A stretch of DNA of 64,000 nt from an uncultured Bacillota bacterium (GCA_902796855.1 CADBQN010000049.1:305-64304); one strand, 5' to 3'; positions 16,617-29,199 are shown, counted from the stretch's first letter. Program-made: numbers and translations. The notes: a model not told the origin generated them from the sequence alone.

Positions 16617-16848
16617 AGTAAAAAACAACGCACAAAACGCTCATGGTTTTGTGCGGTATTTTCAAAACGTTCGCAAAACAGTGCAGACATCAAAGCAAGT
16701 ATCCTGACTCAGCTTCATCACGTTCTTCTGCCTTCTCAGTTTCCCAATGACATCATAGAAAAACGCTCCGCATTACAGTGGCCGTTTCCGTCGGGGACTC
16801 ACACCCCGTTCCATAACTTTGATCTTATTCAATTTGGCAACTAGCCCT
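16617..16848 (-). promoter_or_regulatory. Cobalamin (B12) riboswitch with terminator expression platform
   Basis: Reverse strand ...AUCAAAG(P1)UUAUGGAACGGGGUGUGAGUCCCCGACGGAAACGGCCACUGUAAUGCGGAGC...CAUUGGGAAAC...GAGUCAGGAUACUUGCUUUGAU(P1'). It contains the GCCACUGUAA core and an AGUCAGGAUACYUGC B12 box. It is followed by CGCACAAAAC-CAUGAGC-GUUUUGUGCG plus UUGUUUUUU (16617-16656). An upstream GUUUUGCG could act as an anti-terminator. Confidence 0.8.
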
Positions 16849-16854
16849 ATAAAG

Positions 16855-16883
16855 AATATATCACACCGCCCCCTGTTTGTCAA
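16855..16883 (-). promoter_or_regulatory. Near-consensus sigma-A promoter driving the riboswitch
   Basis: Reverse strand TTGACA (16878-16883), 17 nt, TG-A-TATATT (16855-16860). Confidence 0.65.
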
Positions 16884-16925
16884 CTGTTTTTTTCGGGAAA
16901 TTTGGTTCGCGCCGGAGCGCCCTGC

Positions 16926-17933
16926 TCAGCGTTTTTTTAACTCCGTTCCCGAGTAATAGTGGCTCAAAATCTCCCGAAAATCCTTCCCCTCTTTGGCCAT
17001 GCCGTTGGCGCCGTATTGACAAAGGCCGACGCCGTGGCCGAAGCCGAAAGTCGTCACGCGCAGCGTCTCGCCGTCGAGCTCCCAGGAGAACCGGGTGGAA
17101 TTGAGGGCCAGCGCCGCGCGGAAATCGGCGGCGGAAAGGGAAACGCCGCCGCAGGAGACCGCCGCGGCGCGGCCGCTTTCCGTCTCGCCGCTGACGACGG
17201 GCAGGACCTCCGCGTTCCCTTCCGCTCCGGCGGAGACCGAAGCGGAGGCGGTCCCAAACACCTTTATCACCTCGGCGAGGGGAATCTCCACTGTCTCCCG
17301 GTAGCGGGGCGCGTCACGGTCCCAGTCACAGGAGACCCCGCGAAGGTACGGAATATCCTCCCCCCAGACCTCTTTCGCCGAAGCCGTTTCGCCGCCGCAG
17401 GTGGAGTGGTAGTACGTCCGCGCCAACTCCCCCCGATAGGTCAGCACCATGCCTTCGGTGGCCGAAACGGCGTCCGTGATACGGCGGTATTTTTCCTCAA
17501 AAGCCGCGCCCCATGACGCGGCGAGATCTTCGCTGTCCTCAAAGGCCTGACAGTGCCCCGGATCGTCACAAAGGACTCCCTCTTCCCCGCTGTCGGAAGA
17601 AAGCTTTGCCAGCGCGTAGGTCCGGGCGATGACCGCCTGGGCTTTCAGGGCCTCCGGCTCAAAGGAAGCGGGCATCTCCGCCGCAACGACGCCGACGACG
17701 TATTCTTCCAGGGGCAGCCGTTCTTCCCGCCCGGTCTCACAGCGGCGCAGTGTCACGGTATCCATCTGTTCCGCGCCGCCGTCAAACACCGCGCCGCCAA
17801 ACGCGGCGCCGGCACCGTTTTCTTCCCGCTCCCCAAAGGACAGACCGAGCCACAGAACCGCCAGCGCAAGGCAAAGAAAGAACCAACGCCCCGGAACAGG
17901 CCGCCGTTTTTTCAGCCGATATCCCATCATCAC
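16926..17933 (-). CDS. spoIID: Stage II sporulation protein D (lytic transglycosylase / amidase enhancer)
   Basis: N-terminal signal-anchor. SpoIID/LytB motifs YHSTCGGETASAKEVWG and GFGHGVGLCQYGANGMAKEG. Confidence 0.9.
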   Translation of the reverse strand: MMMGYRLKKRRPVPGRWFFLCLALAVLWLGLSFGEREENGAGAAFGGAVFDGGAEQMDTVTLRRCETGREERLPLEEYVVGVVAAEMPASFEPEALKAQAVIARTYALAKLSSDSGEEGVLCDDPGHCQAFEDSEDLAASWGAAFEEKYRRITDAVSATEGMVLTYRGELARTYYHSTCGGETASAKEVWGEDIPYLRGVSCDWDRDAPRYRETVEIPLAEVIKVFGTASASVSAGAEGNAEVLPVVSGETESGRAAAVSCGGVSLSAADFRAALALNSTRFSWELDGETLRVTTFGFGHGVGLCQYGANGMAKEGKDFREILSHYYSGTELKKR

Positions 17934-18005
17934 CGCCTCCGTTTCACTCTATGGCGAAAAAAGGAGAAAAATACTCCGAAAAAAGCCGGATCCCGCGGCG
18001 CCTTC

Positions 18006-18791
18006 TCAAAAATCGGAGAAGACGACGGGAGACCCGATGTAAATATACGTGGCGTTTTCCCTTTCATTTTCGGAGAGCGCCACCTGGAGATTGACGGTGT
18101 GATCGCCCGATGTGACACCGCCGACGATACGGCGGCTCCGTCCGCTGTAACTCAGATAACTGCCGTCGCTGACACGCTCTGTCACCTCGCCGTCAACGGC
18201 GGCGAAAACGGCTTTGGCGACGGCACGTTTTTCTTTCTTGGAGCGGATCCCCTCATATTTCCCTTCAATCAGCAGCGAAGGCTCATAACGCCCCTTCGCG
18301 GCGGCAAAGATTGAGGCGGCATAGTCATTCAGGATCGCCGCCGTACCTTTTCCGCCGGGAAGGCTCGTCTCGACGATGAGATACGTCCCCGCTTCCGTTT
18401 CGGCGGCGGCAAGGCTCTGCAGCGTCAGATTAAGCTCCGCGCCGTTCTCCGCCGTACCGCGGACCGCGACGGAATTGAACCCCTTGTCGTCATAGGGTTC
18501 GCAGAACAGGGCGCTGTCATCACCGAGGACCTCTTTGACCCGCTGATAGATTTCCGCCAGTGACGCGGCGTCATGATACGCCCCGTCCAGCCGCGCCCAG
18601 CCGCGGAGCGTCACCGACGTCATCCCGGCGCCGCTTTCCGCGAAGGCCGTTTCCAGCGACTGATCCAGCGAGGCGGACACCGCGGCGCCGGAGGGGAAAA
18701 GGCCAACGGCGAACAGCCGAAGACCGAGCCAAAGCAAAAAAATCGCCGCGAAGAATAGAACCGGGGCGATATATCGTTTCCGTGCTCCCAT
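18006..18791 (-). CDS. ywmB: YwmB-family (DUF1779) protein
   Basis: Signal-anchor then an alpha/beta domain. C-terminus HTVNLQVALSENERENATYIYIGSPVV parallels B. subtilis YwmB (MNLQIAL...TVGTPIV). Lies next to spoIID as in Bacillus. Start set at ATG 18791 (GGGAGG RBS 5 nt upstream). Confidence 0.65.
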   Translation of the reverse strand: MGARKRYIAPVLFFAAIFLLWLGLRLFAVGLFPSGAAVSASLDQSLETAFAESGAGMTSVTLRGWARLDGAYHDAASLAEIYQRVKEVLGDDSALFCEPYDDKGFNSVAVRGTAENGAELNLTLQSLAAAETEAGTYLIVETSLPGGKGTAAILNDYAASIFAAAKGRYEPSLLIEGKYEGIRSKKEKRAVAKAVFAAVDGEVTERVSDGSYLSYSGRSRRIVGGVTSGDHTVNLQVALSENERENATYIYIGSPVVFSDF

Positions 18792-18900
18792 AAGAACCTC
18801 CCAAAACATTCAGAAAGCACTGAATCAGCCAGTGCTCCCTTAGTTTTCCTCCGCGGGAGAAAAACTATACAAAAGACGCCGCTTCTTTGAAAAAGAAATC

Positions 18901-18929
18901 TTGACAAAGACAGCGGCGGGCGCTATAAT
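18901..18929 (+). promoter_or_regulatory. Consensus sigma-A promoter of the symporter gene
   Basis: TTGACA (18901-18906), 17 nt, TATAAT (18924-18929). Confidence 0.7.
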
Positions 18930-18959
18930 TGTAAACCATAATCATAAATTAAGTTTACA
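18930..18959 (+). promoter_or_regulatory. Inverted repeat TGTAAAC-N16-GTTTACA abutting the -10 box (operator or 5'-UTR hairpin)
   Basis: Perfect 7-bp arms at 18930-18936 and 18953-18959, immediately before the GGAGG RBS. Confidence 0.4.
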
Positions 18960-18972
18960 ATCGGAGGTTCCC

Positions 18973-20325
18973 ATGGTCATCATTTTATGGATCTATTTGG
19001 GCGCGCTGCTGGCCTACGGCATCTATTGGGGCAGGAAAGGCCGGGACTACGTGTCTTTCGTCATCGGCGGCCGGCGCCAGTCCGGCGTCATCACCTTCCT
19101 TTCGCTGATGGCGACGATGATCGGCGGTTCCGCTACCTTCGGCATTGCCGCCACCGGCTATACTTTGGGATTCCCCGTTTTCTGGTGGCTCGGCGTCGGC
19201 GTCATCGGCCTCTTTTTGCAGTCGTTTTTCGTTTCGGCGAGCGTGCGGGAACTGGGAGCACGCACGCTGGCGGAAGTCGGCGGCAAGACCGTCGGGGAGC
19301 ACGCCGCTCGGCTCATCAGCGTCATCATCGCCGTTTCCTGGATCGGCATTATCGCCGGGCAGTTCGTCGCCCTCGCCCAGATCTTTTCGTTCATCACCGG
19401 ATCCGTCCACAACGTCCCGCTGATCATCGCCGCCGCGGCGACGGTGGTGCTGTTCACCGCCGCCGGCGGGCAGATTTCCGTGATGCGCACCGATTCCGTC
19501 TATTTCTTTTTCATCCTCTTCGGTGTCGCCGCCGCCTTTTTCTGCCTCTTTTTCGGCGGTGACACCGGCAAGCCCTTTATCCTGTCGGAGCAGGTTCAAT
19601 GGTTCAATGACGGCTTCGGCGGGAAGGATCTCCTTTCCCTCCTCTTCGTTGTCGGCGGCGCGTATTTCATCGGCCCCGACGTCCTCTCCCGGAGCATGGC
19701 GGCAAAGGACGGCAAAACGGCGAAAAGGGCTTCCCTTTCCGCCGCGTTCATTCTGCTGTTTTTCAATCTGCTGATCGTCGCCGTCATCCTCTGGACAAAG
19801 CTCAACGTCGCCGATCTCAAAGGGCTGAATCCCCTGATCTATCTGATGAAATATCCGCTGCCGCGGCCCGTCGCCCTGCTCCTGGCTTTGGGGCTGATCT
19901 CGGCGCTGCTTTCCTCGGCGTCCACCTGCCTGATCACAGCGGCGGCGACCATCCAAAACGACATCCTGCGCCGCGAGAACATCATCGGGATCCGCCTCTT
20001 AACCGTTCTGATCGGCGGTTTCGCGATGTTCATCGGGCTGAAAAACAGCGACATCATCACCATTCTCACCGGCGCCTACTCCATCTACGCGCCGGGGCTC
20101 GTCTTTCCCCTTTTCCTCGCTATCCGAATCGGGAACAGGCGGCGGATCAAAGAACCGGTCTGGCTCGCCGCCGTCGCCGTCGGCGGCACCTGCGGCATCC
20201 TGGACAAATTCATTTCCGTCCCCTTCCTGCCCCTCATCGGCATGGCCCTTTCGCTGCTCATCGCCGCGCTGTCGGTGAACCGGAGCACCGACGGAATCCG
20301 CGGAACGGACGGAAAAACAAAATAA
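18973..20325 (+). CDS. Sodium:solute symporter (SSF) family transporter
   Basis: About 450 aa, polytopic. N-terminus MVIILWIYLGALLAYGIYWGRKGRDYVSFVIGGRRQSGVITFLSLMATMIGGSATFG is typical of SSF. ATG 18973 with a GGAGG RBS. Confidence 0.8.
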   Translation: MVIILWIYLGALLAYGIYWGRKGRDYVSFVIGGRRQSGVITFLSLMATMIGGSATFGIAATGYTLGFPVFWWLGVGVIGLFLQSFFVSASVRELGARTLAEVGGKTVGEHAARLISVIIAVSWIGIIAGQFVALAQIFSFITGSVHNVPLIIAAAATVVLFTAAGGQISVMRTDSVYFFFILFGVAAAFFCLFFGGDTGKPFILSEQVQWFNDGFGGKDLLSLLFVVGGAYFIGPDVLSRSMAAKDGKTAKRASLSAAFILLFFNLLIVAVILWTKLNVADLKGLNPLIYLMKYPLPRPVALLLALGLISALLSSASTCLITAAATIQNDILRRENIIGIRLLTVLIGGFAMFIGLKNSDIITILTGAYSIYAPGLVFPLFLAIRIGNRRRIKEPVWLAAVAVGGTCGILDKFISVPFLPLIGMALSLLIAALSVNRSTDGIRGTDGKTK

Positions 20326-20328
20326 AGA

Positions 20329-20395
20329 CCGGAACGGCGGGAAAACAGACCGATGAGGCCCCGGCAAGGGCCGCATCGGTTTTCCGCCGTTCCGG
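20329..20395. terminator. Long extended hairpin (about 67 nt) acting as a bidirectional terminator
   Basis: CCGGAACGGCGGGAAAAC...CCGATG..GGCCC..GGGCC..CATCGG..GTTTTCCGCCGTTCCGG, nested stems with one bulge, between convergent genes. Confidence 0.6.
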
Positions 20396-20410
20396 CGCGA
20401 TGTTCTTTTT

Positions 20411-21022
20411 TTACATTTTATTCCAACAAAGTCTCAGTTCCAGCGTCGTACCCTGTCGGAGCACCATTGTCAAAGCGGGAGCACCGTTGGTTCCCTGCGA
20501 CAGGAGGAAGGTGCCGGATTCCCCTTCGCTTTCCTCAGTCTTTGGCGGGAATTCCCAAATCACTTTTCCGTTTTCCTCCCGCCAAATTCCTTCGCCGCTC
20601 TTTCCCGCGGCGTTCATCGTAAAAGTGTAATCGTCCCGAATTTCCAAAGCGCTTTCGGCGCTGAAGGCGGAACCGAGAAGTTCCATGGCGGCTTCCCCGT
20701 TCGCCGCGGTCGTAGCGGCGAGATCCGGCGTCCAGACACCGACCAAGGCGTTGCTGCCCATCGCCGCGGTCTCCGCCTCGGCAGCGGCGGCGGCAGCGGC
20801 GGCAAAAGCTTTTCGCGTTTCCTTGACTTCAAGCTCTGTATAAAAGAAGGTATCGTCGGCCCAGGTGAGGACAGAAGAACGTACAGCGGCGGCAGCATCC
20901 GCTGCGGCGGCGTTCTCCTGCGGTGTACCGGCGCGTGTCGGCATGGACAAGATCGAAATGGTGCAAAAAACAAGGAAGAAGAGACAGAGAAGCGGATATC
21001 GTTTTTTCATGTGACGTACCAT
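20411..21022 (-). CDS. Secreted Ala-rich hypothetical protein
   Basis: Signal peptide MKKRYPLLCLFFLVFCTISILSMPTRAG. Poly-Ala tracts (AAAADAAAA, AAAAAAAAEAE). No recognisable domain. Alternative start at ATG 21010. Confidence 0.55.
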   Translation of the reverse strand: MVRHMKKRYPLLCLFFLVFCTISILSMPTRAGTPQENAAAADAAAAVRSSVLTWADDTFFYTELEVKETRKAFAAAAAAAAEAETAAMGSNALVGVWTPDLAATTAANGEAAMELLGSAFSAESALEIRDDYTFTMNAAGKSGEGIWREENGKVIWEFPPKTEESEGESGTFLLSQGTNGAPALTMVLRQGTTLELRLCWNKM

Positions 21023-21133
21023 ACCTCCTTTTCATCTGGCATATAATGAGACTATAACACAGCTCGGTGTCTTTTTCAAGACGAAAAAAGCATCATATCA
21101 GAAAAACCGGCCTCTAAGGAGGCCGGTTTTTCT

Positions 21134-22483
21134 TTACAGCATCCGAAAGGACGGGATGCTGACACCGTGATGGCTTTCCGAGATGACGGCTTCCTTCCCC
21201 ATACGGCTGAAAAAGCCGTGGTGCTTCCCGTTAAAGGAGTAGATCCCCGTCATCGACAAATACCCTTCGATACCGCAGGGATCCGCCGCCGTCTCGTCCC
21301 GATAGGGCAGCGCGATTTGGCAGCGGGAGGGCGTATAGAATTCCATGACCACAAAGCCGCGGTCCACGCACTTCGTCACGATGTCGTCCCATTCCGCCGC
21401 CGTCACGTCGAGACCGGCGTAAACGCCGTGGGAATCGTAATCGTCCTCGGGCTTGATAATCCAGCGGTCTTTGGTTCGGCGAATTTCCTCCAAATCGAGA
21501 CCGGGGGTATCATACCGCAGCCGATGAGCCGGCAGGACGTGGGCCCGAACGAAGTCCCATTCTTCCTCGGTCAGAAGCTCTTTTGTCCTTTCATGGAGGA
21601 GCGCGACGTTGATCATTTTGGAATGTACCACCGTCGTGCGGAAATGGCCGATCAGGCAGATTTTTTCGTCGGCGGCGGCGGCGATGAGGTTTCGGCAGAG
21701 ATCGAGATGGCGCACGACGTCGCTGGTGACGGCTCTGCGGTAAACGGCGTGAAAGATGAGGCCGTCTTCGGGGTCGAAGAGCCCCCTTTCATCGTATCCT
21801 AACTTTCGGATATCCACGAACCGTGCCGTAAGGCCCCGTTTTTCAAAGGCGGCGAGGTACCGCGTGACGTCGCTCATCGTGACGCTGTCGCTGAAATCCG
21901 TAATCAGGATGTTCGGCGTCTCCACGGCGTTCCGGTCACTTCGATACGTCTTTAAAAAAGCGTCCACCCAGGAATCGAACATTTCAAATTCCTCCACCGG
22001 GTGTTTTTCGGCGAACCGCCGGAACGTCTCGGACAGGGCCACGGCCTCGCAGCCGATTTTTGTTCTCGACATCGCCGCGGCGCCGTCGGCGTTGAACTCG
22101 CAGAATTTAAAGTCCCTGTTTTCCGCCGCCTCATCGGCCAGGAAAAAATCGAACCGCGCCATCGGCAGTTTTTCCTCATAACCGCAGGGCAGCAGGATCA
22201 GCCGTTCCGCCTCGGCGGGAAAGGCAAAGAGCTTCCGATACGCTTCGTCCTCCACGTAGGCCGCGATGACCTTGGAGAGGACCGCGTGGGTCTTTGCGCA
22301 GACTTCGGAGAAAAAAGCCAGTTCCTTATCGGTGTAGAAGGTCGGCACAAAAGAAAACGGCGCGGGCAGTCCGTATAGGTAGCAATCCGAGTCGCGGACG
22401 TATATTCGGGCCGCGTCCCTCCCCGGCCAGTCTCCGTCCAGATCCCGCAGGATCCGCAGATATTCTTCTCTCTCTTGTTTCAT
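21134..22483 (-). CDS. Glutathionylspermidine synthase-like (pre-ATP-grasp) family protein
   Basis: About 449 aa. ARFDFFL...FKFCEFNADGAAAM resembles the GspS-family R.D....EyNaDtP motif. Start set at ATG 22483. Confidence 0.55.
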   Translation of the reverse strand: MKQEREEYLRILRDLDGDWPGRDAARIYVRDSDCYLYGLPAPFSFVPTFYTDKELAFFSEVCAKTHAVLSKVIAAYVEDEAYRKLFAFPAEAERLILLPCGYEEKLPMARFDFFLADEAAENRDFKFCEFNADGAAAMSRTKIGCEAVALSETFRRFAEKHPVEEFEMFDSWVDAFLKTYRSDRNAVETPNILITDFSDSVTMSDVTRYLAAFEKRGLTARFVDIRKLGYDERGLFDPEDGLIFHAVYRRAVTSDVVRHLDLCRNLIAAAADEKICLIGHFRTTVVHSKMINVALLHERTKELLTEEEWDFVRAHVLPAHRLRYDTPGLDLEEIRRTKDRWIIKPEDDYDSHGVYAGLDVTAAEWDDIVTKCVDRGFVVMEFYTPSRCQIALPYRDETAADPCGIEGYLSMTGIYSFNGKHHGFFSRMGKEAVISESHHGVSIPSFRML

Positions 22484-22635
22484 CTTATCTCCCACTCTCT
22501 CTTTTTAAAATCAGGGAGAAACAGGAACTTCCCGTTCGCTCCGCGCGGCAGACCGCCGCAAAAAAAATATATCACATATTTATCCTCATTTCAAGGGGGT
22601 AATATCCGCCGCGCCGGCGAGCCAAAAGCAGAAAA

Positions 22636-22660
22636 CCCGATCCCCTGACCGGGGACCGGG
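22636..22660. terminator. Terminator hairpin after atpC
   Basis: CCCGATCCCC-TGACC-GGGGACCGGG (one mismatch) with T-rich runs on both strands. Confidence 0.55.
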
Positions 22661-22693
22661 TGTTTTTCTGTTTTCTCGCTCAACGCCTTTGAC

Positions 22694-23104
22694 TCAGGCG
22701 TTCTTCGCGATTTTGATGCGCTGGATGGCGCGTTTTAAAGCGGCTTCGGCACGGGCGACATCGAGGTCATCCGTGCGGTTCGCCAAGCGCTGTTCCGCTC
22801 TTTCCTTCGCTTTTTCGGCTCTTTCAACGTCGATATCTTCGCGTTTTTCCGCCGATTTAGCCAAAACAACGGCTTTGCTGCCGCCGACTTCGAGGAAGCC
22901 GCCGCCGACAAAGAGCGTTTCTTTGTTGCCGCTGCCGTCGTCGATGGTCATTTCACCGACGTCGAGACCGGAGACGATGGGGGTATGGCGGGGATAGACG
23001 CCGATGGAGCCGGAAGTCGTAGGGATATGGAAATAATATACGTCAGCCGAAAAAACGTTTTTTTCGGGCGTAACGATATCTAAAGAGATACGGTTATCTG
23101 ACAT
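22694..23104 (-). CDS. atpC: F1 ATP synthase epsilon subunit
   Basis: 136 aa. Beta-sandwich N-terminus (LDIVTPEK...) plus a helical C-terminus. Last gene of the atp operon. Confidence 0.9.
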   Translation of the reverse strand: MSDNRISLDIVTPEKNVFSADVYYFHIPTTSGSIGVYPRHTPIVSGLDVGEMTIDDGSGNKETLFVGGGFLEVGGSKAVVLAKSAEKREDIDVERAEKAKERAEQRLANRTDDLDVARAEAALKRAIQRIKIAKNA

Positions 23105-23106
23105 AA

Positions 23107-25459
<2,353 letters not shown>

Positions 25460-25504
25460 GTAGGTTCACCACCTTCCGAAATCATTTCACGCTTGCAAAG
25501 ATCA

Positions 25505-27025
<1,521 letters not shown>

Positions 27026-27568
27026 TTATAACACAGTTTGTTTTAAGGAATCGTTCAATTGTTTCAAATGATGGGCGATGGAGCCGTCATAGACGGTATC
27101 GCCGATTCTCACCTGCACACCGCCGATTAAAGCGGCATCCACGGCGGTCTCGGCCTTGACCGTGCGGCCCATCATGCCGGAGAACTTGTTCTCGATCTTT
27201 TCAATCTGCTCCGGCGTGAGAGGAACGGCGCTGACCACTTCGGCGTGGAGGATGTTCGCCTGTTCTTCCTGAAGGCCCATATAACTTTCGCACATCGCTT
27301 CAAGACTGTCCGCGCGGCGTTTATCGACGACGAGATTGACAAAGTTTTTGACCATCGGATCCATTTCACCGATCATCTGTTCCATTGCCTTTTTCTTGTC
27401 GTCGCTTTGAATGGACTGATTCAAAAGCATTTCGCGGACTTCGGCGTTGTCACTGAGCAACGCTGCGAGGTCTTTTAAGTTTTCCGCGAAGACTTCGATT
27501 TTGCCCTGTTCCGTACCAATGTCATAGAGAGCTTTCGCATATCTTTTTGCTACTGTTCTGTCTGTCAT
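27026..27568 (-). CDS. atpH: F1 ATP synthase delta (OSCP) subunit
   Basis: 180 aa, MTDRTVAKRYAKALYDIG..., position between atpF and atpA. Confidence 0.9.
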   Translation of the reverse strand: MTDRTVAKRYAKALYDIGTEQGKIEVFAENLKDLAALLSDNAEVREMLLNQSIQSDDKKKAMEQMIGEMDPMVKNFVNLVVDKRRADSLEAMCESYMGLQEEQANILHAEVVSAVPLTPEQIEKIENKFSGMMGRTVKAETAVDAALIGGVQVRIGDTVYDGSIAHHLKQLNDSLKQTVL

Positions 27569-28050
27569 TGTACTTCGCCTGCCTCTTCGATATACTTATC
27601 AACCAATTTCTTATGAGCGTCGTCATCCAGGGACTGATTGATGAGTTTCGACGCGGCGGAAATGGCGAGGGTTGCGGCTTCGTCTCTGATTTCGCCGAGG
27701 GCTTTTTCTTTTTCTTCTTTGATTTCAGCGTTGGCTTTTTCAACCAGCTTGTCGGCTTCGGCTCTGGCGGAAGCGATGATTTCTTCCTTCTGTGCGTCGG
27801 CGGTTTTCTGGGCGCGGTTGATGATATCCTGAGCGGTTTCTCTGGATTTTGCCAGTTCAGCGCTGATTTCTTCCTTCATCTTATCGGCGTCGGCCTTTAA
27901 GGATTCCGCCGTTTCGATATCGGATTTGATTTTATCGTGACGTTTTTCCATTGTCTGTTTCAACGGTTTGTACATTAAAAAGTACATGGCCACGAGAAGA
28001 ATCAGAAAATTCGTAATTGCAAAAATCATCTGCGCAAAATCTATATCCAC
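27565..28050 (-). CDS. atpF: Fo ATP synthase b subunit
   Basis: 161 aa. One N-terminal TM helix followed by a long charged helix. Confidence 0.9.
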   Translation of the reverse strand: MDIDFAQMIFAITNFLILLVAMYFLMYKPLKQTMEKRHDKIKSDIETAESLKADADKMKEEISAELAKSRETAQDIINRAQKTADAQKEEIIASARAEADKLVEKANAEIKEEKEKALGEIRDEAATLAISAASKLINQSLDDDAHKKLVDKYIEEAGEVQ

Positions 28051-28122
28051 TAATGTACCCTCCTTTCGTTAAGGTAACGTCAGTTTGGGGAGGATAAAGA
28101 CCCTCCTTGGAGAGGACGAGGA

Positions 28123-28377
<255 letters not shown>

Positions 28378-28437
28378 TTACAATTCTCAAAAATACTTTT
28401 TTTAAAAATTTTAATTTTTATTCAGTTGTAAACTCGA

Positions 28438-29199
28438 TCATTCGTGTTCCGCTGCTTCTGAAATATAAATGGCAGCCAGCAGCGAGAAGATCAATGCCTG
28501 GATCAGGCCGAACAGTACGCCCAGAATTTCCATGCAGGCCGGAACCCAGCCGCTGGTGACAACGGACAGCGTTCCCAACTGTTCAACGACGGTTTCTTCA
28601 CCGTGGATGTTCCCGAACAACCGAAGCGCCAGCGTAAAGGGATGGACGATTTCGTCGATGATCGAGAACGGCAGCATGATGACGACCGGCGAGATCAGAT
28701 GTTTGAAATAGCCGAGCTTGTTTTCACGGAACCCCGCGAAATGCACGCAGCAGAAGACGATCAGGGCGAAACCCGCCGTGACGCTGAAGACAGATGTCGG
28801 CGCCTGAAGGTTGGAGAGAGAGAGCGTCCCCTCTTCCGTCGAGAAGTTCAGCGGCAGCATCCCCGAATAGTTGCTGAGCAGAATAAAGATGAAGAACGTG
28901 ACCAGCATGGGGCCGAAGGTCTTCGTCAGCTTCGGGCCGATCATCTTGGTAAAGAAATTGGTCAGACCGCCGACGGCCCATTCGGAGAAGTTTTGCCAAC
29001 CCGTCGGTACCAGCGCTTTTTTACGGACGCCGATGACGCCGGCGACGATCATAAAGAGCATGACGCCCCAAAACACGATCATCCATTTGGTCAGACCGGG
29101 AGCGAAGGAGAAGTTAAAACCGATTTTACTCGTTTCCCACATCGCGTCGCCGCCGAGAAGAAAAGAACCTTCCGAGGCAAGTTGCAAGACTGCATTCAT
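28438..29199 (-). CDS. atpB: Fo ATP synthase a subunit
   Basis: 253 aa, polytopic. Conserved LALRLFGN (essential Arg) motif. Confidence 0.9.
   Translation of the reverse strand: MNAVLQLASEGSFLLGGDAMWETSKIGFNFSFAPGLTKWMIVFWGVMLFMIVAGVIGVRKKALVPTGWQNFSEWAVGGLTNFFTKMIGPKLTKTFGPMLVTFFIFILLSNYSGMLPLNFSTEEGTLSLSNLQAPTSVFSVTAGFALIVFCCVHFAGFRENKLGYFKHLISPVVIMLPFSIIDEIVHPFTLALRLFGNIHGEETVVEQLGTLSVVTSGWVPACMEILGVLFGLIQALIFSLLAAIYISEAAEHE

Noticed and set aside
16369-16628. 65-aa ORFs on both strands in the riboswitch read-through region
   Set aside because: They have no RBS. The reverse ORF would start inside the terminator U-tract, and the sequence is better explained by RNA hairpins and the second terminator.
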